From Nitrosomonas europaea (lineage in GTDB: Bacteria; Pseudomonadota; Gammaproteobacteria; Burkholderiales; Nitrosomonadaceae), in contig NZ_FUWK01000011.1 in assembly GCF_900167395.1 (NCBI RefSeq), positions 28,621 to 60,620 of the forward strand: a stretch of DNA of 32,000 bases. Reading direction: 5' to 3'. Shown piece after piece: positions 16,149-25,831 of this stretch. A program made the position numbers and the translations under genes. Numbering within the stretch: the stretch's first letter is position 1; each line of letters opens with the position of its first letter. The notes under the pieces are model-generated. The model saw only the letters and a program-made list of their open reading frames with translations, had not been told where the DNA came from and did not search any database.

Positions 16149-16160
16149 CACGCTACCGCC
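16149..16160 (-). promoter_or_regulatory. ops (operon polarity suppressor / JUMPStart core) element, RfaH recruitment site
   Basis: The minus strand reads 5'-CCTGTTATAAAACAGGCATGGCGGTAGCGTGCCTG-3'. GGCGGTAGCGTG is an exact 12/12 match to the ops sequence as I recall it (consensus GGCGGTAGnnTG). It lies ~120 nt upstream of rfbB and ~200 nt downstream of the rfaH stop. A 6-bp hairpin (16164-16179) sits just upstream. Confidence 0.7.
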
Positions 16161-16360
16161 ATGCCTGTTTTATAACAGGAGAGAGATTCAACGAAGTAAA
16201 GCAGCAGACTGCACAAACCAGCAGCGAGTAAATGAATCGCAACCTGCCGGCAGACGGGCGAAATTTTGCCACATTGCCATGTTTTTGGGAAACATTCTGC
16301 CTAATGAATGAAACAGGCTGGCCAAACTTACCAATCAGTTACGCAGATTTTTAGAGTTTC

Positions 16361-16858
16361 TCAGTTTGTTTTACGCAAACTGGTCGGTGAAACTCGCATG
16401 GCAACCGGTTTACTCAGCAGTTCGATGAGTACCATCACACGGCGTTCACCTTCTGCCATCTGGTAGATCCCCTCGATACCGGCGAAGGCGCCTTCTGTCA
16501 GGCGCACTCTTTCCCCGGGTTTGAACAGTCGTTCGGGTTTATGCTGGAAAGAAGCTTCCTGCATACGCAGAAGATCGATCAGAATATCATCGATCCTGGC
16601 AGGTTCAGATCCGAAACATACCAGCCGGTTGACACCTCTGGTGGAACGGATCGGCACCCAGCTTTTGGCGGAATCGCCCTGCTCCAGTTGAATAAAAAGG
16701 TAACGGGGAAACAGTGGTTCATCGACCACCGTCAGATTTCCCAGATGAAGCTTTTCTACCGGCAACATCGGCAGGTAACATCGATACCCTTGCTGTTGCA
16801 GATTCTGAAAAGCACATTTCTCCTGCTTGGGTTTGGTATGAACGAGATACCAGTGCAT
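16361..16858 (-). CDS. rfaH: RfaH-type NusG paralogue (operon-specific transcription antiterminator)
   Basis: 165 aa. WYLVHTKPKQEKCAFQNLQQQGY.CYLPM...EPLFPRYLFIQL...TRGV..LV.FG..PA...GERVRLTEGAFAGIEGIY aligns along its length with E. coli RfaH as I recall it (NGN plus KOW). An ops site lies adjacent. Confidence 0.85.
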   Translation of the reverse strand: MHWYLVHTKPKQEKCAFQNLQQQGYRCYLPMLPVEKLHLGNLTVVDEPLFPRYLFIQLEQGDSAKSWVPIRSTRGVNRLVCFGSEPARIDDILIDLLRMQEASFQHKPERLFKPGERVRLTEGAFAGIEGIYQMAEGERRVMVLIELLSKPVAMRVSPTSLRKTN

Positions 16859-17039
16859 TGCCTCTCCCCAGGTTATCCAGACGACAACATTCTACTGTAG
16901 CCAATGTTGGCACAGCAATGAATTTGTCATATCCGGGATGTATACAGAATTGTCTGTTTATTTACTGCTCTTCAGTATATGAAAAATATCTGCACAGACA
17001 GTTCCCGCATCCTGCAGGATATATTTTGTCAAGACTCTT

Positions 17040-17843
17040 TTATATGAGAACTTTCAGCCCTGCCGCAGCGAGTACGCATGCCAAAGCGATCTGAATCCAT
17101 CGCCCGGTAATTTTGCTGGCCAGCATACTGCCCGCAACGACGGTAGGTACCGAACCCAGCAGCAGGCTGATCAGCATCCACCAATCGACCTTGCCCGCGA
17201 ACAGATAACCCAGGCCAGCAACAACTGCCAGGGGAATAGCATGCACGATATCCGTGGCTATCAGGCGATGCGGAGTCATACGCAACGGATAAAGATACAG
17301 CAGCATTACACTTCCCAGCACTCCCGCTCCCACCGATGTCAGCGCAACGCACACACCAAGGATTGCACCGGCAATGACTGTCAGTATCGATTGCATGGTT
17401 TCGAACCGTTCCGGCTGCCCGGTTCGTTTCTTTCTGGCCAGAGCAACCATTCGGGGTGCGGTCAGCAGGCCGATCGCCGTAATCAGCACGACAATGCCGA
17501 TCCCTTTGGTCAGCCAGTCCACTTTTGTAATGTGTGTTCCCATGCTTACCAGCAGCACGACCAGCAGAGCCATGGGAAGACTGCCCGACCACAACCGTTT
17601 GACCACCTGCCAATCGACATTGCCATTGGTATGGTGCACTCGAGCACCAGCTATTTTGGTGATGGCGGCAAACCACAAATCGGTCGCTACCGCCGTTACA
17701 GGCTGAACACCGAACACCAGCAGCAGAATGGGAGTCATCAAGGCACCCCCACCCACACCAGTCAATCCAATGACAAAACCGGTCAATGCACCTGCCAACG
17801 TAAAAGACCAGTCGATCATGCGCGTGCTCCCGCAAAATCGCAC
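17040..17843 (-). CDS. TauE/SafE (TSUP) family anion-exporter permease
   Basis: 267-aa polytopic membrane protein. LTGFVIGLTGVGGGALMTPILL and the repeated GxGGG-type second half are typical of TauE/SafE. The likely true start is ATG 17819 (MIDWSF...). Confidence 0.85.
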   Translation of the reverse strand: MRFCGSTRMIDWSFTLAGALTGFVIGLTGVGGGALMTPILLLVFGVQPVTAVATDLWFAAITKIAGARVHHTNGNVDWQVVKRLWSGSLPMALLVVLLVSMGTHITKVDWLTKGIGIVVLITAIGLLTAPRMVALARKKRTGQPERFETMQSILTVIAGAILGVCVALTSVGAGVLGSVMLLYLYPLRMTPHRLIATDIVHAIPLAVVAGLGYLFAGKVDWWMLISLLLGSVPTVVAGSMLASKITGRWIQIALACVLAAAGLKVLI

Positions 17844-18413
17844 ATCGCAATGAATACAATATCGTGAATACCTGATTCGTTGAACTGCTGCCGCCTGTCG
17901 GAATACGGTACGTCTTCATCAGCACCGTTCAGGTCAGCTTGCTCTGCCAAAATTGTGAATTCAGATTGTCGCATAGGGATTTATTTGCCTGTCCGGGTTG
18001 AAGTTACTTCGCTCCGGCAAATCACTTTTTTGCCGGGTCGAAAACAACCCAACCTGTAAGAAAGGGTGGCAGTTTATCGTGATTTGATTTTGCTGATTAA
18101 ATTTTCTTGTAAAACTGTCGGACAAACAGCCTTGTAACCACCGAAGAGGATATTCCCTGCTGCATACAGATGAATCTCCGACCGAATTCCAATCGAATAT
18201 GGGATCGGTTTCATCCGGCAGCAATCGAAGAATATCTTTACCTGTGAATCTGCCGGTAATACCATGGGAAAACGAATGTTTCAGTAACTCACTACCTGCC
18301 CATGCGCCCTTTCGGGCTGCACAACCTGACGGGAAACCGATCATCGCGTTTTTCCCGACAAATAACCTTAATGTTCGATATTCGGACATCACTGCAAAAG
18401 GAGGACAAAACGT

Positions 18414-20978
18414 ATGCAAATACCTCGTTTACTCATGTCTTACCTGAGAGATTTGCCTGCTGATCTGCTGCCGCTGGTCGAGCAGATTGCTGATCTGGCA
18501 ATGGATTTGCGCTGGACCTGGAGCCACGGAGGAGATGCCATGTGGAAAATCATGGATCCGCAGCTGTGGGAACAAAGCGAAAATCCTTTCGTCGTCCTGC
18601 AGAATCTATCGCATGAACGATTGCAGACGCTGAGCCAGGATCAGGAATTCAGACAGCATCTCGATCGTCTGGTTGAAGCACGCAATCGTTATTGCAGTTG
18701 TGGGGGCTGGTTTGGAGAGGTACACGACAACGCCGGTCTGCGCAGAATCGCCTATTTCAGCATGGAATACGGTCTGGGCAAGGCTTTGCCATTGTATGCC
18801 GGCGGGCTAGGTGTGCTGGCGGGAGATTATCTCAAGGCAGCCAGTGATCTGGCCGTACCGGTAATCGCCGTCGGCCTGCTGTATCAGGAAGGTTATTTCC
18901 GGCAGATGCTGGATACCAGCGGGTGGCAACAGGAAATCTATCCCTACAACGATTCCAGCAGCCTGCCCTTGCACCCTCTGCGAGCCCATAATGGTACCTG
19001 GCTGTCCATCCCGATCAGGCTGCCCGGGCGAACGGTACAACTGCACGTCTGGGAAGCACGCGTGGGACGGGTCAGCCTGTATTTACTGGACAGTAACAAT
19101 CCGCTGAACAGTGCGCTCGATCGTGGTATTACCGGCAAGCTGTACGGCGGAGGGGAAGAAATCCGTCTGGTACAGGAAATCGTGCTGGGAATCGGCGGCT
19201 GGCAACTCATCGAAGCGCTGGCACTGGAAATCGATGTCTGTCACCTGAATGAAGGTCATGCTGCTTTCGTTACGCTGGAACGTGCCCGCTGTTTCGCGCA
19301 GAAAAGGCAGATGGATTTCCACGAAGCACTCTGGGCGACCCGCCCGGGCAACCTGTTCACCACGCATACTCCGGTAGCGGCTGGTTTCGACACTTTCCCG
19401 CGCGCGCTGATGATCAAATACGGCCTGCCCTACGCCAGAAACCTGGGTATGCCACTCGATGAACTGATGGCATTCGGGCGCAGCAACGGGCAGGATGATG
19501 ATGAACCTTTCAATATGGCTTATCTGGCAGCACGCACCTGCGGCATGATGAACGGCGTCAGCCGGCTGCACGGTCAGGTCAGTCGAAGTATTTTCCAGAA
19601 GTTGTACCCACAGTGGCCGGAATGTGAAGTCCCCGTCACGCATGTTACCAATGGTGTGCACGTCCCTTCGTGGGATTCTCCCTGGGCAGACGAAATCTGG
19701 ACAGATTCCTGTGGCAAAGGTCGCTGGCTGGGTTCGGAAGAAACACTCGCCACTAAAATACACAAACTCGACGATGCGGCACTCTGGAATCTGTGCGGTC
19801 AGGAACGCGCCGATCTGGTGCGCCACGCACGGCAACGGATGCGGATATTGCAGGGACAAAGAGGTGCAGACACGGAAGCGATCAGTCAGGTTGACCGGAT
19901 ACTGGACCCCAATGTGCTGACACTCGGTTTTGCCCGCCGCTTTACCGCCTACAAGCGCCCCAACCTGCTGCTGCACGATCGTGAACGCCTCGCCCGGCTG
20001 CTCACCCGGACAGACCGGCCGGTGCAACTGGTCGTCGCCGGCAAAGCACACCCTGCCGATAACGAAGGCAAGCGCTTCATCCAGGAATGGGCACAGTTTT
20101 CCAGCAGGCCGGATGTACGCAACCATGTCGTGTTTCTTGAAGACTACGATATCGCGCTGGCACAGGAGCTGGTACAGGGAGTGGATATCTGGATCAACAC
20201 TCCGCGCCGGCCGTGGGAGGCCAGTGGTACCAGCGGCATGAAAGTACTGGCCAATGGCGGATTGAATCTCTCGGAACTCGACGGCTGGTGGGCCGAAGCC
20301 TACACCCCGGATGCCGGCTGGGCGCTGGGTGATGGCCGCGAACACCATGAACCCGGCTGGGATGCCATGGAAGCGGAACAACTGTATCGCCTGCTGGAAG
20401 AAGAAATCATACCGATGTTCTACGATCGCGATGCCAGTGGTATTCCCGCAGCCTGGGTAGCCCGTATGCGCACCAGCATGGCCCATCTCGCTCCGCAGTT
20501 CAGCAGCAACCGGATGGTACGTGAATATGTCGAGCAACTCTATCTTCCTGCCGCTGCTGCCTTCCAGCAGAGAACGGCCCCCGGCAGCTCGACAGCGCGG
20601 GAACTGCGCCAGTGGGACGAGCAACTGAAAAGAAGCTGGCACGAAATCCACTGGGGAAACCTGATCGTTTCTCAAGATGAGCAAGGCTGGCTGTTTGAAG
20701 TACCGGTTTATCTGGGAGGCATCCCTCCCGAATCTGTACAGGTGCAACTCTATGCCGATCCGATCGAAGGTAAAGTCCCCGTCCGCGAAGCGATGCAGCG
20801 CGGCAATGAAATGCCTGGCGCCGTAAACGGCTATCTGTATACAGCCCGGCTGAATACGCTGCGCGCCCATACCGATTTCACACCACGTTGCATCGCCCAT
20901 CACCCCGATGCCTGTATCCCGATCGAGAATCACCTGATCCACTGGTGGAGCGGAATCGTATCCTTGAAGAACCTCTGA
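18414..20978 (+). CDS. glgP: Alpha-glucan (glycogen/maltodextrin) phosphorylase, DUF3417-containing GlgP family
   Basis: 854 aa. The N-terminal DLRWTWSHGGDAMWKIMDPQLWE is DUF3417. GGLGVLAGDYLKAASD is present. The PLP-lysine region is EASGTSGMKVLANGGLNLSELDGWW. AGGAGG lies 8 nt upstream of the ATG. Confidence 0.9.
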   Translation: MQIPRLLMSYLRDLPADLLPLVEQIADLAMDLRWTWSHGGDAMWKIMDPQLWEQSENPFVVLQNLSHERLQTLSQDQEFRQHLDRLVEARNRYCSCGGWFGEVHDNAGLRRIAYFSMEYGLGKALPLYAGGLGVLAGDYLKAASDLAVPVIAVGLLYQEGYFRQMLDTSGWQQEIYPYNDSSSLPLHPLRAHNGTWLSIPIRLPGRTVQLHVWEARVGRVSLYLLDSNNPLNSALDRGITGKLYGGGEEIRLVQEIVLGIGGWQLIEALALEIDVCHLNEGHAAFVTLERARCFAQKRQMDFHEALWATRPGNLFTTHTPVAAGFDTFPRALMIKYGLPYARNLGMPLDELMAFGRSNGQDDDEPFNMAYLAARTCGMMNGVSRLHGQVSRSIFQKLYPQWPECEVPVTHVTNGVHVPSWDSPWADEIWTDSCGKGRWLGSEETLATKIHKLDDAALWNLCGQERADLVRHARQRMRILQGQRGADTEAISQVDRILDPNVLTLGFARRFTAYKRPNLLLHDRERLARLLTRTDRPVQLVVAGKAHPADNEGKRFIQEWAQFSSRPDVRNHVVFLEDYDIALAQELVQGVDIWINTPRRPWEASGTSGMKVLANGGLNLSELDGWWAEAYTPDAGWALGDGREHHEPGWDAMEAEQLYRLLEEEIIPMFYDRDASGIPAAWVARMRTSMAHLAPQFSSNRMVREYVEQLYLPAAAAFQQRTAPGSSTARELRQWDEQLKRSWHEIHWGNLIVSQDEQGWLFEVPVYLGGIPPESVQVQLYADPIEGKVPVREAMQRGNEMPGAVNGYLYTARLNTLRAHTDFTPRCIAHHPDACIPIENHLIHWWSGIVSLKNL

Positions 20979-21235
20979 TTAAGCCCTCCATGAACCGCAC
21001 TGCAGACAGAATTGCGATGATCACAAGAAAAGTGTAGTGATCCAGTATCTTTGTCACCCTCGTTGCTGAACAGCCACTTCTTCCAACTCACTCGCACCAG
21101 ATAACCTGGCGACATAGGAAACCCCTTTCCGTGCAGCGTGTGGAAATAGCCGGAGATTAGGCGATTGTTCAGATGATCGAAATTTCCGCGTATTACCCAT
21201 AATTCGCCCGTATCACTATCCACGCAGGAGAAATC

Positions 21236-21724
21236 ATGAGCGAAGCGACTCTACCGGCCGGCACGGGCAATAAAAAGAAGATGATTCTGTTTGTTCTGAT
21301 CGGAGTGCTGTCCGTCGGCGCAGGAATCGGCGGTACCTGGTATTACATGAAACAACAGCAGGAAGAGGGATCAGAAGTCACGGTCGAGAAAAAGAAGAAA
21401 AAGAAACCGACGACCTTCATCAAGCTCGAAAGCTTTACTGTCAATCTGCAATCAGATGACAGGGAACCACACTATCTGCAGGTAGAACTGTCCCTCAAAG
21501 TAAACGAATCGGACGCGGTCAAGATCATCGAAGACAAGAAACCTGAAGTCCGCAATCAGATCCTGCTGCTGCTGTCCAGCAAGAAGCCCTCCGAGATCAA
21601 CACGCTGGAGGGCAAACAGAAACTCAGCGAGGATATCATTCAGGCAGTCAGATCAAAGATCGATTCTGAAGAGCTGGAGGATGACATTCTGGATGTTTTG
21701 TTCACCTCGTTCATCATTCAGTAA
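21236..21724 (+). CDS. fliL: Flagellar basal-body-associated protein FliL
   Basis: 162 aa, single N-terminal TM helix. FIKLESFTVNL...YLQVELSLKV...EVRNQILLLLSSK is the FliL pattern. RBS CAGGAG. Confidence 0.9.
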   Translation: MSEATLPAGTGNKKKMILFVLIGVLSVGAGIGGTWYYMKQQQEEGSEVTVEKKKKKKPTTFIKLESFTVNLQSDDREPHYLQVELSLKVNESDAVKIIEDKKPEVRNQILLLLSSKKPSEINTLEGKQKLSEDIIQAVRSKIDSEELEDDILDVLFTSFIIQ

Positions 21725-21736
21725 ACTCTGCGCGCC

Positions 21737-22729
21737 ATGGCCGAGAATTTTCTTACCCAGGATGAAGTTGATGCGCTGCTGAACTTTGAGAATGGCAGCA
21801 AGCATCAGCAAACTGCCCAGAAAGAAAACGAGGTCTCCTATCCGGGCGGTGTTCGCCCCTACAACATGGCCACCCAGGAGCGGATCGTGCGCGGACGCAT
21901 GCCCGCCCTGGAAATCATCAATGCACGATTCGCCAATTCACTGCAGATCGGGCTCTACAATTTTCTGCGCCGGGGGGTGGATATTTCCGCCGGTTCGATC
22001 AAAACCATCAAATACAGCGAATTCACCCGTTCACTGGTCGTCCCGGCGAATATCAACCTGGTCAGCATGAAACCGCTGCGCGGTACCGCGCTGTTCACCA
22101 TCGATCCCAACCTGATATTCCTGATTGTGGACAACATGTTCGGTGGAGATGGCCGTTTCCATACCAGAGTGGAGGGACGTGAGTTCACCCTGACCGAACA
22201 GGGCATCATCCGGCGCTTGCTGGATGTTCTGTTCGAACACTACGAAAAGGCATGGCAGTCTGTCTATCCGGTCAAATTTGAATATATCCGGGCGGAAATG
22301 AATCCGCAATTCGCCAATATCGTCACCCCGACCGACATTGTCGTCGCCAGCGCCTTCGAGCTCAACCTGGGCGGCAATCGCGGGGAATTCTATACCTGCA
22401 TCCCCTACACCATGCTGGAGCCGATACGCGACCTGCTCAACAACAGCATGCAGGAAGATCGTGCGGAAGTTGACAAAAACTGGATCAAATCACTGACCAG
22501 GCAAGTACAGGGAGCGGAAATAGAAATCATCGCCAATCTGGGCCAGACCCAGGTGACGTTACATCAGATTCTCAACATGCAGGAAGGCGATGTCATCGCG
22601 CTCGATATTCCCGATACCGTGGTGGCAATAGCGAACAACGTACCGATCATGGATTGTCATTACGGCATCCTCAACGGCCACTATGCGCTCAAAGTCAAAA
22701 CTGTACGATCTCCCAACGAAACCGACTGA
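21737..22729 (+). CDS. fliM: Flagellar motor switch protein FliM
   Basis: 330 aa. It has the N-terminal CheY-P-binding-type motif LTQDEVDALL, a middle domain, and a C-terminal FliN-like SpoA domain. Confidence 0.93.
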   Translation: MAENFLTQDEVDALLNFENGSKHQQTAQKENEVSYPGGVRPYNMATQERIVRGRMPALEIINARFANSLQIGLYNFLRRGVDISAGSIKTIKYSEFTRSLVVPANINLVSMKPLRGTALFTIDPNLIFLIVDNMFGGDGRFHTRVEGREFTLTEQGIIRRLLDVLFEHYEKAWQSVYPVKFEYIRAEMNPQFANIVTPTDIVVASAFELNLGGNRGEFYTCIPYTMLEPIRDLLNNSMQEDRAEVDKNWIKSLTRQVQGAEIEIIANLGQTQVTLHQILNMQEGDVIALDIPDTVVAIANNVPIMDCHYGILNGHYALKVKTVRSPNETD

Positions 22730-22743
22730 TACCGGAGCAGAAG

Positions 22744-23217
22744 ATGAATGAATCCACCGTAACCGAACCGCAAACCGAACAGGATGACTGGGCCGCCGCC
22801 ATGGCGGAACAGCAGGCTGCTGATGCTCAGCCGACAACCGATGATGACAATGGATCGCCACCCCCCTCATCAGCCCATCTGGCGGGCGACAGCCTGACGA
22901 AACCCTCCCCCGTTTTCGAGCAGTTCTCCAGGAATGACGTGCTGAACGATACCCGCAACGATATCGACATGATTCTGGACATTCCGGTGCAACTGACTGT
23001 CGAGCTGGGCCGCACCCGGATCGCTATCAAAAATCTGCTGCAACTGGCACAAGGTTCCGTAGTGGAGCTGAATGGTATGGCCGGGGAGCCGATGGATGTG
23101 CTGGTCAATGGCTGTCTGATTGCTCAGGGAGAAGTGGTGGTCGTCAATGAAAAGTTCGGTATCCGCCTGACTGACATCATCACCCCCAGTGAACGCATAC
23201 GCAAACTCAACCGCTGA
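22744..23217 (+). CDS. fliN: Flagellar motor switch protein FliN
   Basis: 157 aa from ATG 22744 (GGAG upstream). The C-terminal SpoA domain is ILDIPVQLTVELGRTRIAIKNLLQLAQGSVVELNGMAGEPMDVLVNG.LIAQGEVVVVNEKFGIRLTDI. Confidence 0.92.
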   Translation: MNESTVTEPQTEQDDWAAAMAEQQAADAQPTTDDDNGSPPPSSAHLAGDSLTKPSPVFEQFSRNDVLNDTRNDIDMILDIPVQLTVELGRTRIAIKNLLQLAQGSVVELNGMAGEPMDVLVNGCLIAQGEVVVVNEKFGIRLTDIITPSERIRKLNR

Positions 23218-23243
23218 TTGATACCGGGTCGATCGCCAAATCC

Positions 23244-23693
23244 ATGCAACCCATACGTATCCGCGCTGGTGCAGCACTGTGGCTGTGGCTGCCACAGCAG
23301 TTGCTTGCCGAACCTGCAGGAAATCAGGGCTTTACCCCGCCGCCTCCGATCATTTCCACCGAGAGCATGCTGCAACTGTCAGCCGGGTTGCTCATGGTAC
23401 TGGCATTCATCGCACTGATTGCCTGGCTGTTCAAGAAAATCGGCTTTCATCCTGCCAACCGGACAGGTCTGCTGAAAGTCATTTCCTCTGCCAGTGTCGG
23501 CCAGAGAGAAAGGATCGTGCTGGCCGAGATCGGCGATACCTGGCTGGTACTGGGCGTTGCACCGGGCCAGGTCAGCCTGCTGCATCAGATGGACAAAAAC
23601 ACTCTGCCTGCCGGTGAAACCGCCGAACCTCCTCACGCCAGCCGTTTTACGGAAAAGTTGCAGGCTCATCTGGAACAAGGTCATGAACGATAA
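23244..23693 (+). CDS. fliO: Flagellar biosynthesis protein FliO
   Basis: 149 aa. One TM helix ([19 protein letters not shown]), then [29 protein letters not shown], in the position between fliN and fliP. Confidence 0.85.
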   Translation: MQPIRIRAGAALWLWLPQQLLAEPAGNQGFTPPPPIISTESMLQLSAGLLMVLAFIALIAWLFKKIGFHPANRTGLLKVISSASVGQRERIVLAEIGDTWLVLGVAPGQVSLLHQMDKNTLPAGETAEPPHASRFTEKLQAHLEQGHER

Positions 23694-24489
23694 ATTACCA
23701 GCCCATCCCAAAACCAGCTTCCGGCACAGTCTGCCCAAACGCTCCATCAATTGCGGCATCCTGTTGCTGGTTGCGGGAATCGGCGTTGCCGGCCCGGTGC
23801 TGGCTCAGAAAACAGGATTTCCTGCCGTTACCAGCACCCCTGCAGCGGGAGGGGGCGCTACCTATACCCTCAGCCTGCAGACTCTGCTGCTGCTGACTTC
23901 GCTGACGTTTCTGCCAGCCGTCATCCTGATGATGTCCAGCTTCACCCGTATCATCATCGTTCTGTCACTGTTGCGCCAAGCGATGGGCACACAATCCTCC
24001 CCGCCCAATCAGGTACTGCTCGGCCTGGCACTGTTCCTGTCTTTCTTCATCATGTCGCCGGTCATCGACAAGGTTTATACGGAAGCGTACCTGCCGTTCT
24101 CGGAAGATAAAATCAGCATCGTCGAAGCGATGGAAAAGGCGGGAGATCCGCTCAAATCCTTCATGCTGCGCCAGACGCGCGAAGCAGATATCGCCCTGTT
24201 TGCCCGGATTGCCGAAAACGGAGAAATCGAAAGCCCGGATCAGGTACCGATGAAAATCCTGGTGCCTGCCTATATTACCAGTGAGTTGAAAACCGCCTTC
24301 CAGATCGGATTTGTCGTATTCATCCCCTTTCTGATCATCGATATGGTCGTTGCCAGCACGCTGATGGCCATGGGGATGATGATGCTGTCACCCATGATCA
24401 TTTCGCTGCCGTTCAAGCTGATGCTGTTCGTGCTGGTCGATGGCTGGAATCTGCTGATCGGTTCGCTCACCCAGAGTTTCTACGTCTGA
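23683..24489 (+). CDS. fliP: Flagellar type III export gate protein FliP
   Basis: 268 aa from ATG 23683, with an 11-nt overlap with fliO. A signal-like N-terminus is followed by [31 protein letters not shown] and [22 protein letters not shown]. Confidence 0.93.
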   Translation: MNDKLPAHPKTSFRHSLPKRSINCGILLLVAGIGVAGPVLAQKTGFPAVTSTPAAGGGATYTLSLQTLLLLTSLTFLPAVILMMSSFTRIIIVLSLLRQAMGTQSSPPNQVLLGLALFLSFFIMSPVIDKVYTEAYLPFSEDKISIVEAMEKAGDPLKSFMLRQTREADIALFARIAENGEIESPDQVPMKILVPAYITSELKTAFQIGFVVFIPFLIIDMVVASTLMAMGMMMLSPMIISLPFKLMLFVLVDGWNLLIGSLTQSFYV

Positions 24490-24504
24490 CGAGGAGATCG
24501 CCCC

Positions 24505-24780
24505 ATGAACCCGGAACAGGCAATGACTATCGGCCGGCAGGCACTGGAGGTCACATTCACGATCGCAGCCCCCTTATTACTGGCGGCGCTGGTAACGGGT
24601 CTGGTCATCAGTATTTTTCAGGCTGCCACACAGATCAATGAGATGACGTTGTCGTTCATTCCGAAACTGCTGGCCATATTCATCACGCTGACGCTGGCCG
24701 GACCCTGGATATTGCAGATCATGCTCGATTACATCACCCGGCTTTATACCAGCATTCCCTGGATCATCAGCGGTGGCTGA
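24505..24780 (+). CDS. fliQ: Flagellar type III export gate protein FliQ
   Basis: 91 aa, two TM helices. ...LVISIFQAATQINEMTLSFIPKL is a FliQ hallmark. Confidence 0.93.
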   Translation: MNPEQAMTIGRQALEVTFTIAAPLLLAALVTGLVISIFQAATQINEMTLSFIPKLLAIFITLTLAGPWILQIMLDYITRLYTSIPWIISGG

Positions 24781-24872
24781 CGGGCGAAACGTGCTGACAT
24801 TTCCATTTTATGCTGCATCCTTCACGCTTTTCTGCAGCCTGATACATCGTATCTAGCCCAGGCCATCGACCC

Positions 24873-25670
24873 ATGTTCAGCATCACGACCGAACAACTGA
24901 ACAGTTGGCTGTCCACCCTGATCTGGCCGCTGGCCAGAATCCTCGCACTCCTGGCGAGCACACCACTGCTGGGCAGCAGCTCGATTCCGACTCAGACGAA
25001 ACTGGGGCTGGCTGTACTGCTGGCTATTCTGATTGCACCGCTGCTGCCCCCGCTGCCTCAGATCGATCCGGGTTCCGGTGTTGGCCTCATCGTTCTGATG
25101 CAGCAGATCATCATCGGACTGGCCATGGGTTTTTCCATGCGCATCGTTTTTACTGCAGTCGAAATGGCAGGTGAAATCACAGGATTGCAGATGGGCCTTG
25201 GTTTTGCCACTTTCTTCGATCCCCAGCAATCCGGACAGGTCCAGCTGGTTGGCCGCTTCTACGGGTTGCTGGCCACTCTCACGTTTCTAGCCATCGACGG
25301 GCATTTGCAGGTCATCGCCATTCTTGCACACAGTTTCACCACGCTGCCCATCGGGGCCGAGGGAATGAGTACCACTTCATTCACGGCACTCGTCAATTGG
25401 GGAATCAAAATTTTCATGCTGGGATTACATCTGTCCTTACCTGTCCTGACAGCTCTGCTGATCACCAATCTTGCGCTGGGTATCCTGACACGCGCCGCTC
25501 CCCAACTGAACATTTTTGCCGTCGGATTTCCACTGACGCTGGGAATCGGTCTGCTGGTCATGTCATGGGCATTGCCCTATTTCACCCCTCTGCTCAATCA
25601 ACTGTTTCAGGAGAGTTTCTCGGTCATGCGTTCACTCTCCAGCAAAGCCAGCGTGGCTGGAATACCCTGA
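24873..25670 (+). CDS. fliR: Flagellar type III export gate protein FliR
   Basis: 265-aa polytopic protein. WPLARILALLASTPLLG...MGFSMRIVFTAVEMAGEITGLQMGLGFA is FliR-like. It follows fliQ. Confidence 0.92.
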   Translation: MFSITTEQLNSWLSTLIWPLARILALLASTPLLGSSSIPTQTKLGLAVLLAILIAPLLPPLPQIDPGSGVGLIVLMQQIIIGLAMGFSMRIVFTAVEMAGEITGLQMGLGFATFFDPQQSGQVQLVGRFYGLLATLTFLAIDGHLQVIAILAHSFTTLPIGAEGMSTTSFTALVNWGIKIFMLGLHLSLPVLTALLITNLALGILTRAAPQLNIFAVGFPLTLGIGLLVMSWALPYFTPLLNQLFQESFSVMRSLSSKASVAGIP

Positions 25671-25831
25671 AAATGAGTCGGAATGGCCATTCCCGATCCG
25701 ACCTCATCGAACATTTTGGCATTCTTTGGATTAACCGGATTTTTTACCCTTTTTTTGGCCGATCGCAATCTTCCGGTGATTGATAAGGTAAGCGGCACTC
25801 GCATATTTTTCTTGAGAAAACGGTAACCACC

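Noticed and set aside
16905-16925. TGGCAC-N5-TGAAT resembling a sigma54 -24/-12 promoter on the plus strand
   Set aside because: The -12 GC dinucleotide is missing, and there is no plus-strand gene downstream for ~1.5 kb.
17029-17925. 298-aa ORF in another frame over the tauE gene, and plus-strand ORFs 17241-17867
   Set aside because: The 17040-17843 frame gives a typical polytopic TauE/SafE protein. The alternatives are R/G/C-rich and not membrane-like.
19083-20942. 619-aa stop-free ORF antisense to glgP
   Set aside because: The sense frame encodes a full-length, motif-rich alpha-glucan phosphorylase. The antisense product is low-complexity (R/G/P/A-rich) with no recognisable domain. Long antisense open frames are a known by-product of GC-rich codon periodicity.
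20979-21235. Search for a sigma28 (TAAA-N15-GCCGATAA) or sigma54 promoter upstream of fliL, and the 97-aa minus ORF 20930-21223
   Set aside because: I found no acceptable match to either consensus. The ORF overlaps the glgP 3' end and has no recognisable features, so I call neither.
21380-21410. A-rich run GAGAAAAAGAAGAAAAAGAAA in fliL (EKKKKKKP) as a possible slippery or phase-variable tract
   Set aside because: It is not a homopolymer or a perfect short tandem repeat. It encodes the expected charged linker after the FliL TM helix.
25700-25760. GCCGATCG preceded by a T-rich tract upstream of the 698-aa gene as a possible FliA (sigma28) promoter
   Set aside because: Only 6/8 of the -10 element matches, and no TAAA -35 element lies at the required spacing.
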